Assembly: GCA_043806955.1 (NCBI GenBank)
Contig: JAZDGK010000278.1
Coordinates: forward strand, 1-49,587
Direction: 5' to 3'
Length of the DNA stretch: 49,587 nucleotides
From: Pseudomonadota bacterium
GTDB lineage: Bacteria; Desulfobacterota; QYQD01; JAZDGK01
Below, piece by piece: positions 43,869 to 49,587 of this stretch. The translations under genes and the position numbers were made by a program. The notes beneath the pieces are model-generated. The model was not told the DNA's origin. It did not search any database and saw only the letters and a list, made by a program, of their open reading frames with translations. Each line of letters starts with the position of its first letter. The first letter of the stretch is position 1.

Positions 43869-44863
43869 GAGCTGCTGTGCTATCCCACTCGGAACGCGAA
43901 AAGGCCCGGAACCTGCTGAAAGATATGAGAGAAGGGGTGACTCTTGAGCTCTATTACAGAGAGACGGAAGATGAGATCTTTTTCGGTCGCCTCCGGGATG
44001 CAGTACGTGAGATAGCCGGCTGTTCCAAGCTGATACGAGTGTCGGGACCCTTCAAAGAAGACTGTCACCTCGCCCCGTCCGTAAGAATCGTAAGCAGCTC
44101 GCGGCAGAACATCCGGTATGCCGCTCTGCCCCTGGGCTTTGAATTGGTCCCCTTCCTGAAGGCATGTACTGCTGCAGATGGAGACAACTCGCTCAAAGAC
44201 GAGACCGCGGACTATTTGAGAGGCCTCACCCGGGATATTCTTATCCAAATCCTGGTCGCGGAAAACTGCCCGTCTTGTCCAATAATGGTGGAACTGGCGT
44301 GCCGGTTTGCATTCTCCTCACGGCACGTTAATATAGAAGTCATTGATATTGCGCATTTTACGTCAATGGAAACGGAATCTCGCATCCGTTCGGTTCCGGC
44401 AGCCATTATCGACCGCAGAGAACAGATAATTGGAGTAGCCGGCGAAAGATCGCTTTTGAAAGCAATAAAGAATGCGGCTTCCGAAGAAGGTCTTATAGAA
44501 ATCCTGGCCTCGCTTCTTACGATAGGAAACAGCGATAAAGCCCGAGAGATTATTCTGGCCCAGGATAGACCGGACATGCTTGCGGATCTGCTGGGGAGAG
44601 AAGAATTCACGGTTCGCCTGGGAGCAATGGTGATAGTCGAAGGATTGCTTGAGGAATCGCCGGAAAAGGTGCGTGTGCTTGTTCCCGGGCTGATAGAGCT
44701 CCTTTCATCGACGAGCATGAATGTTCGGGGCGACGCAGCATTTGTACTCGGAAAAATAAGAGACAGCCGTGCTGCAGGACCTCTCACTCGCTTGCTGTCG
44801 GAAACGAATGAGGACATAGTGGAAATAGCCCGAGAGGCCCTTTCATGGCTGGAAGAAGAATGA
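43865..44863 (+). CDS. Thioredoxin-fold (glutaredoxin/PDO-like) protein fused to HEAT repeats
   Basis: The TTG start overlaps the upstream stop (TTGA). Contains NCPSCPIMVELACRF...VIDIAHF...IRSVPAAII, and C-terminal HEAT/PBS-lyase-like repeats (VRLGAMVIVEGL, VRGDAAFVLGKI, IVEIAREAL). Confidence 0.65.
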   Translation: MRAAVLSHSEREKARNLLKDMREGVTLELYYRETEDEIFFGRLRDAVREIAGCSKLIRVSGPFKEDCHLAPSVRIVSSSRQNIRYAALPLGFELVPFLKACTAADGDNSLKDETADYLRGLTRDILIQILVAENCPSCPIMVELACRFAFSSRHVNIEVIDIAHFTSMETESRIRSVPAAIIDRREQIIGVAGERSLLKAIKNAASEEGLIEILASLLTIGNSDKAREIILAQDRPDMLADLLGREEFTVRLGAMVIVEGLLEESPEKVRVLVPGLIELLSSTSMNVRGDAAFVLGKIRDSRAAGPLTRLLSETNEDIVEIAREALSWLEEE

Positions 44864-44899
44864 CACGGGGATGGGGTGTTTTGTGGTGAGAAGTTTAAG

Positions 44900-45793
44900 A
44901 TGAAGTGGCACGAAATATCCATAGAATGTGAAGAAGACCTGGCCGAAGTCATTTCCGATTATCTCGTCGAGATTACGGGGAGGGGCATTGTGCTGGAGGA
45001 TCTGGAGTCCGATGGGTCCCGTCTTCCGATGCAGCGTGTAAAAGCCTATCTGCCTTTTGCTGAAGCATCCGCCGACAAAATGACCGCACTGACCGGGTTT
45101 CTGGAAGGACGGATAAAGGGCTCCGGCAGCGTGGCCTTCCATTTTGTCCAGGATGAAGATTGGGCTCACAACTGGAAGGCCTTTTTCAAACCGCTTCGCC
45201 TTACGCAAAGGATTGTGGTCAAGCCATCCTGGGAGGAGTTTATTCCTGGAGAAGGGGACATCGTCCTCGATATAGATCCGGGAATGGCCTTTGGCACCGG
45301 CCAGCATCCGAGCACTCATCTCTGTATCGGGACTCTCGAAGATCTCTTGTCGGGAAAGGAATTCAGATCACTGAATCCCGAGATTAGAGTCCTGGATGTC
45401 GGCACTGGAACAGGCATTCTTGGTATGGCGGCTGCCGGACTGGGCGCCGATTATGTACTCGGGATAGATGTAGATCCGGAGGCGGTGGAAAGTGCTTCAA
45501 AAAATGTCTATCGAACCGGACTTGGAAATAGAATGGTGGTAAATGACGTGAACCTCGCCGACATTTCGGAAGAATTCACGATAGTATTGGCCAACATAGT
45601 CTATCGTGACCTGGTTGTACTCTGCCCACTTCTTTCGAAACGCGTAAAAAAGGGCGGTGTACTTATCCTCTCGGGGATCCTTGGCGAAGAGAAGGACGAC
45701 CTTTTCGGGGGTTACGAGGCTGAGGGATTTTCCCTGCAGTCCGTGGCCGAAAACGGGGGCTGGGCCTGCCTGGTCATGTCCAGGAACCGGTGA
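44900..45793 (+). CDS. prmA: Ribosomal protein L11 methyltransferase
   Basis: MKWHEISIE..., DPGMAFGTGQHPSTHLC and VLDVGTGTGILG. ORF track start is 44876. Confidence 0.9.
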   Translation: MKWHEISIECEEDLAEVISDYLVEITGRGIVLEDLESDGSRLPMQRVKAYLPFAEASADKMTALTGFLEGRIKGSGSVAFHFVQDEDWAHNWKAFFKPLRLTQRIVVKPSWEEFIPGEGDIVLDIDPGMAFGTGQHPSTHLCIGTLEDLLSGKEFRSLNPEIRVLDVGTGTGILGMAAAGLGADYVLGIDVDPEAVESASKNVYRTGLGNRMVVNDVNLADISEEFTIVLANIVYRDLVVLCPLLSKRVKKGGVLILSGILGEEKDDLFGGYEAEGFSLQSVAENGGWACLVMSRNR

Positions 45794-45794
45794 T

Positions 45795-46550
45795 ATGAGG
45801 CGATTTTCTCTTCAGTCTGAAATTGTGCAGGGCAGAGCCGTGATAACGGGCTCTGATGCCCACCATATCAGGAACGTCCTGAGGCTGAGACGCGGCGGCC
45901 GAATTGATGTCTTTGACCGCTCCGGTGCGGAATATCCGGCGACTATTCTATCTATGACTGGTGATAGAATTGATATCCTTCTGGACGAAAAGACTTGCGG
46001 AGAGGAGATTCGCCTGCGCATCTCCGTCGGCCAGTCACTCCTGAAGGGCCAGAAGATGGACTTTTTGGTGCAGAAATTGACCGAACTTGGGGTCTCGGCG
46101 TTCCGGCCTTTTATTTCGGAGAGGTCTATTTCTCGTGGAGATATGGTCAAAATGCACCAGAAAAAGGCCAGATGGGAGAAAATCTCTGTAGAGGCAGCCA
46201 AGCAGTGCGGAAGAAACACTCTTCCGGCGATACATGATGTTTGCGATTTTTCATCCCTCTTGACTGCATGCGGGAGACACGACCTGAAAATAATATTTTG
46301 GGAAAAAGCTTCCGATAATAACTTGAGAAGCATTTTGTCGGCTTCCGATCCGAAAGAAGTTTGCGTTCTAATTGGGCCGGAAGGGGGCTTCCCGGCGGGG
46401 GAAGTCGAAACCGCGGTTGGGGCCGGTTTCTTACCGGCAAGGCTGGGGCCGTGTGTTTTGCGGGCGGAAACTGCTGCTTTGGCCGTAGTAAGCATTATCC
46501 AGTATGAGCTCGGTTATTTATCGGCGAGTTCAAATCCCTGTACGAGGTAG
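45795..46550 (+). CDS. rsmE: 16S rRNA (uracil1498-N3)-methyltransferase
   Basis: ATG 45795 lies 1 nt after the prmA stop (ORF track start is 45657). Contains MRRFSL, HHIRNVLRLRRG, LIGPEGGF and LGPCVLRAETA. Confidence 0.9.
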   Translation: MRRFSLQSEIVQGRAVITGSDAHHIRNVLRLRRGGRIDVFDRSGAEYPATILSMTGDRIDILLDEKTCGEEIRLRISVGQSLLKGQKMDFLVQKLTELGVSAFRPFISERSISRGDMVKMHQKKARWEKISVEAAKQCGRNTLPAIHDVCDFSSLLTACGRHDLKIIFWEKASDNNLRSILSASDPKEVCVLIGPEGGFPAGEVETAVGAGFLPARLGPCVLRAETAALAVVSIIQYELGYLSASSNPCTR

Positions 46551-46556
46551 AGTGAA

Positions 46557-48329
46557 ATGAAATGTCGCAAGTGTGGATTCACAAATCCGGATTACGTGGA
46601 TAGTTGTAAGAATTGTCAAAAGGACTTGACTGAAACGAGATCGATGCTTGGCAATCTCGCTGCAACACCCGAACAGGTATGCTTTCTGTCAAAGCTTCTG
46701 CGTTCCGATGCTGAAATGAACCCGCACGAAGAGTCGGCGGCCTCTTCTCTTGACCGGACCATGCCGACAATGGGCGAAGAATCCATGCTCTCTGATTCAG
46801 AAGAGTCTCCTCCACCGGCTTTCGACCTCGCACAAATAGATTTTTCGGATCTGCAGAATGCTCCTGAGGTTCCGGAGTCGGTGAACCAGACAAAGAGCCC
46901 CGGCGAGACAGGTGTACCCGAAGACGAGCCGGATATCCTCCAAATCGAACTCCCTGATCTGGAGATAGAGGCAAAGTCCAGCGAAGAAACCAAAGGCGCC
47001 GAACGGGCTGAAGGGCCGGTTTTTTCGGAGATAGATTTTCCTGGTCTGCACATGGAACTCCCATCTGAAAAAGAAGTGGAACCCGAAGTTTCTGAAGAGC
47101 CGTCGTTTCCTCAACTCGAGTTCTCCGATCTGGGGATGGCGCCCGCTCTTCCGGATGAGACCGGGACGGAAAGTCCCGAGAAGCCCGGCCGCCCTCATCT
47201 TGACCTCTCCGACTTCGGAATAGGTATTGCGTCTCAGGAAGAAACCGGCCCGGGAGATTCTGAAAAGCTGGATTCTTCCGAACTCGACTTTGCCGGTATG
47301 GAGATGGAAATTGCTCCCCGGGATGAAACCAGAAACGATGCCTCTGAGGAGTCTGACCTTCCTCAGCTCGACTTTGCCGACCTGGAAATAACATTGAACT
47401 CTCCCGGCGAGCAAAGGAGCCCGGAGGAGTCGGAAGAAGCCCGGAACGAGGCAGACCGAATATTCCTGGATCTAGATGATAAAGCAAGCCTTGATTTCCT
47501 GCTGCAGCCTGAAGAACAGCCCTCCAAAGAACACGAAGAGCCACCGGCCATACCGGCAGAAGACAGTCCGAATAAGACCATAAGACTGGATAAAGCAGGG
47601 CGCACCAAAAGAGGGGATAAGGACAAAACCCCGCCACCTGCTTCTACCGGCGCTTCGGGCCGCAAGGGACGAGGAGGGAAGAAAAGCAAAGATCCTGCTC
47701 CGGCCCTTGCTTTTTCCGGTTTAAGGGACTCGGCCGAAAATAATTGTTCCAGATGGCGCAGGATTTTGGTTCGTATTCAAGGCGCATCAAAGGGCGCATA
47801 CTTGCCGTATGTAACCTTTGGTGCAACGCGGAAGACGGACCAAAAGACGCGCAAGGTGGGACAATTACTTTTGGCCGCGTCCCTTAACCTCCATCTGGAC
47901 CGTGCCGGCTTTTTTAGGAGACTATGGGCCCTTGCCTTTGATTTGTGCCTTTTATCCTTGCTGATGCTCTTTCTCATGCTTGCAACAGTAGTCGCGGTGA
48001 GGACGGCGCCCGGGTCCTCCGAAGGAGTTTCAGATTTCATTGCCCTTGTTCTCTCGCCTTTGCCCTTCGGTATGATCCTCTTCGCAGCGGTTTATTCAGT
48101 TTTTTTTCATGGGTATTCAGGACAAACCCCGGGGAAGATGCTTTTTGATCTCAAAGTGGTCCATACCTCGGGGCTGCCGCTTAATTATGCACATTCGTTT
48201 CTGCGGCTGGCAGGCGCTGTCTTATCGGCGATTCCTCTCTCCCTGGGCTTTTTCTGGGCGGCATTTGACAAGAATAGACAAACATGGCATGACAAATTGA
48301 CAGACACTTATGTTATTCGGATAATATGA
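46557..48329 (+). CDS. Zinc-ribbon / acidic-repeat / RDD-family membrane protein
   Basis: N-terminal CRKCGFTN...CKNC zinc ribbon. About 8 acidic repeats of the type LDFxDLExxL....EET follow, then a Lys/Arg/Pro-rich linker and a C-terminal RDD domain (RRLWALAFDL..., GQTPGKMLFDLKVV, WHDKLTDTYVI). Confidence 0.8.
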   Translation: MKCRKCGFTNPDYVDSCKNCQKDLTETRSMLGNLAATPEQVCFLSKLLRSDAEMNPHEESAASSLDRTMPTMGEESMLSDSEESPPPAFDLAQIDFSDLQNAPEVPESVNQTKSPGETGVPEDEPDILQIELPDLEIEAKSSEETKGAERAEGPVFSEIDFPGLHMELPSEKEVEPEVSEEPSFPQLEFSDLGMAPALPDETGTESPEKPGRPHLDLSDFGIGIASQEETGPGDSEKLDSSELDFAGMEMEIAPRDETRNDASEESDLPQLDFADLEITLNSPGEQRSPEESEEARNEADRIFLDLDDKASLDFLLQPEEQPSKEHEEPPAIPAEDSPNKTIRLDKAGRTKRGDKDKTPPPASTGASGRKGRGGKKSKDPAPALAFSGLRDSAENNCSRWRRILVRIQGASKGAYLPYVTFGATRKTDQKTRKVGQLLLAASLNLHLDRAGFFRRLWALAFDLCLLSLLMLFLMLATVVAVRTAPGSSEGVSDFIALVLSPLPFGMILFAAVYSVFFHGYSGQTPGKMLFDLKVVHTSGLPLNYAHSFLRLAGAVLSAIPLSLGFFWAAFDKNRQTWHDKLTDTYVIRII

Positions 48330-48458
48330 GCTTCATGCAAAACGTCCTCTTTTGCCGCACCCTGTAAAATGGTTGGCATTGACTCAGTGCCCCCGTGATG
48401 CCTGGCAGCTTTCAACTGCTCTGCGCACATCTGTCGCGGTCCTATTTGACAGGGCAGG

Positions 48459-48556
48459 TCTCTGCGTCAGGCTCAGATTTTAATCCTCAAAATACGTCCA
48501 GTATTCCCCGGTTAAAATCTTCGCCTTCCTTGACCTTGGCCAAAATTGAACATTTT
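48459..48556 (+). repeat. Family B element, degenerate internally deleted copy
   Basis: TCTCTGCGTCAGGCTCAGATTTTAATCCTC and CTTCGCCTTCCTTGACCTTGGCCAAAATTGA resemble both halves of the element. Confidence 0.55.
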
Positions 48557-48838
48557 GCAAGAAGCTCTGAAGGTCTATATGATTACGGCAGTCTTGTCAA
48601 CCATATGCGGACATCACCCGGGATTTCGCCCTGCCGATATCCGCTGTTGTGGACAGACATTTCTATTTTAATGGAAATGTTGTTCTCCACACAACGGCCG
48701 TCTATTTCGCCAGTCTCTTCGGCCTGCCTGCTAACCTGTTGTAATTTGTAACAACGTCCTCGCCACAAGATCTGGCCTGGATGTTGCTGCCAGAAAGTAA
48801 TAGCCATCGCCCTGCGGGCATGTCGTCTAATGCCCTTC

Positions 48839-48861
48839 TCGGTGAACGGACAATGGTGAAC
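48839..48861 (-). repeat. Heptamer array, solo arm
   Basis: TCGGTGAACGGACAATGGTGAAC. Confidence 0.6.
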
Positions 48862-48915
48862 ATGTTCTCGATGAGTAGACTTTGACAATGCGTGTGTAAC
48901 GCAGGGGGAAGAAGC

Positions 48916-49465
48916 ATGAGAAGGCACGGTAAACTGGTTCTGTTGTTGGTTTGTTTGTTGAGTCTACTGATCGGGATTCCGATCTCGTACGGTGCAAAAA
49001 TGCCGAGGCTCGGATGGAAGGGGCCGAGGGTTGTGGGTCTGGAGAGACCGAGGGAATACAGAGAAGGCGAACTCTTGGTCAAGTTCAAGCGAGGAATCAG
49101 GCCGCGAGCCGCCTCTGCCTACCATGCCGGCATAGCCTCGGAGGTCAAACGGCGGTTTGCAAGAACCGGGATTGAGCATATAAAACTCAAGGCCGGTCTC
49201 AGCATGAAAGAGGCAATTGAACGCTACAGGAAAGATTCGAACGTAGAATATGTGGAGCCCAACTTTGATGAGTTCGTAAAAAGTCGAAAAGTACTGCTTT
49301 TTGTCATTCCGGCGGAAGCCGGAATCCAGTCTATTCAAGTAGTTACGGGGGAGCTGGACCCCGGTTTTCACCGGAGTGACGACTTTTTACGAGACCATCA
49401 ACTTTAGATTTCATATCTACGATATCCTGCCTGACAATTATAATGTTATGGGGGTATCGGGTTGA
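48916..49465 (+). pseudogene. Subtilisin-like (S8) protease gene remnant: signal peptide plus I9 propeptide, interrupted by a MITE and then terminated
   Basis: MRRHGKLVLLLVCLL signal peptide. The propeptide GELLVKFKRG...IEHIKLKAGLSMKEAIERYRKDSNVEYVEPNF is then interrupted by the 133-bp element 49267-49399, which is flanked by AACTTT duplications. The restored frame reads only 19 more codons before TGA. Confidence 0.6.
49267..49399 (+). mobile_element. MITE family 1 copy with 6-bp target-site duplication, inserted in the S8 protease gene
   Basis: Flanked by AACTTT at 49261-49266 and 49400-49405. Confidence 0.88.
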
Positions 49466-49587
49466 CTCCACTTAATCGCCCGCAATTAACTGAATTATCT
49501 GAATTTTGGTCCATTTCTTATGACAAGAGGCGCAAGTAGCCAAAAAGCCTGTCTATTCAGAGTGATAACGAATATGAACTGGAGTCA

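Noticed and set aside
44212-47637. Antisense ORFs 44212..44952, 45812..46495, 46579..47637 and 46797..47414.
   Set aside because: They lie opposite confidently identified genes (thioredoxin-HEAT, rsmE, RDD protein). They are Ser/Arg-rich with no motifs, which is typical of reverse-frame artefacts.

Overview
This is a 49.6-kb chromosomal window from a very repeat-rich bacterium. Gene content and the PAS/GAF kinase style suggest an anaerobic Desulfobacterota (deltaproteobacterium-like) organism, but that is inference only. All repeat boundaries and identity estimates below were made by eye, roughly +/-5 bp, with no computation. Gene content, left to right: (1) a DEAD-box RNA helicase; (2) three minus-strand signalling genes: a hybrid PAS kinase, a PAS kinase, and a PAS protein with an orphan Cys4 C-terminal module; (3) a 3.7-kb partly AT-rich glycan-modification cassette (unknown protein, pyruvyl transferase, two FkbM methyltransferases) bracketed by two direct copies of a 167-bp palindromic element; (4) housekeeping genes (FmdB zinc ribbon, rpe, dksA, a GH57 glucan enzyme, galT-like) plus a multi-GAF kinase; (5) a complete type II secretion (T2SS) operon at about 20.0-33.6 kb, preceded by a single-domain response regulator, in the order gspE-F-G-H-I-J-K-L(PilM/PilN fusion)-M-C-D; (6) a GT2 plus GT-C/TPR membrane glycosyltransferase pair; (7) tRNA-Pro, rplM-rpsI, argC, truA and an aspartate aminotransferase; (8) a small PxxKW-type Cys-rich protein, an Mth938-like protein, a thioredoxin-fold/HEAT protein, prmA and rsmE; (9) a zinc-ribbon/acidic-repeat/RDD membrane protein; (10) a decayed S8-protease gene. 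The most unusual property is that almost every intergenic gap is built from at least ten families of MITE/REP-like inverted-repeat elements, often nested. One family has clear 6-7-bp target-site duplications and disrupts a gene. Another, with arms made of CCGTTCA heptamers, sits at four junctions inside the T2SS operon. A third is inserted in frame inside the prepilin leader of gspI. I found no CRISPR array, prophage, transposase, reverse transcriptase or recognisable defence system.
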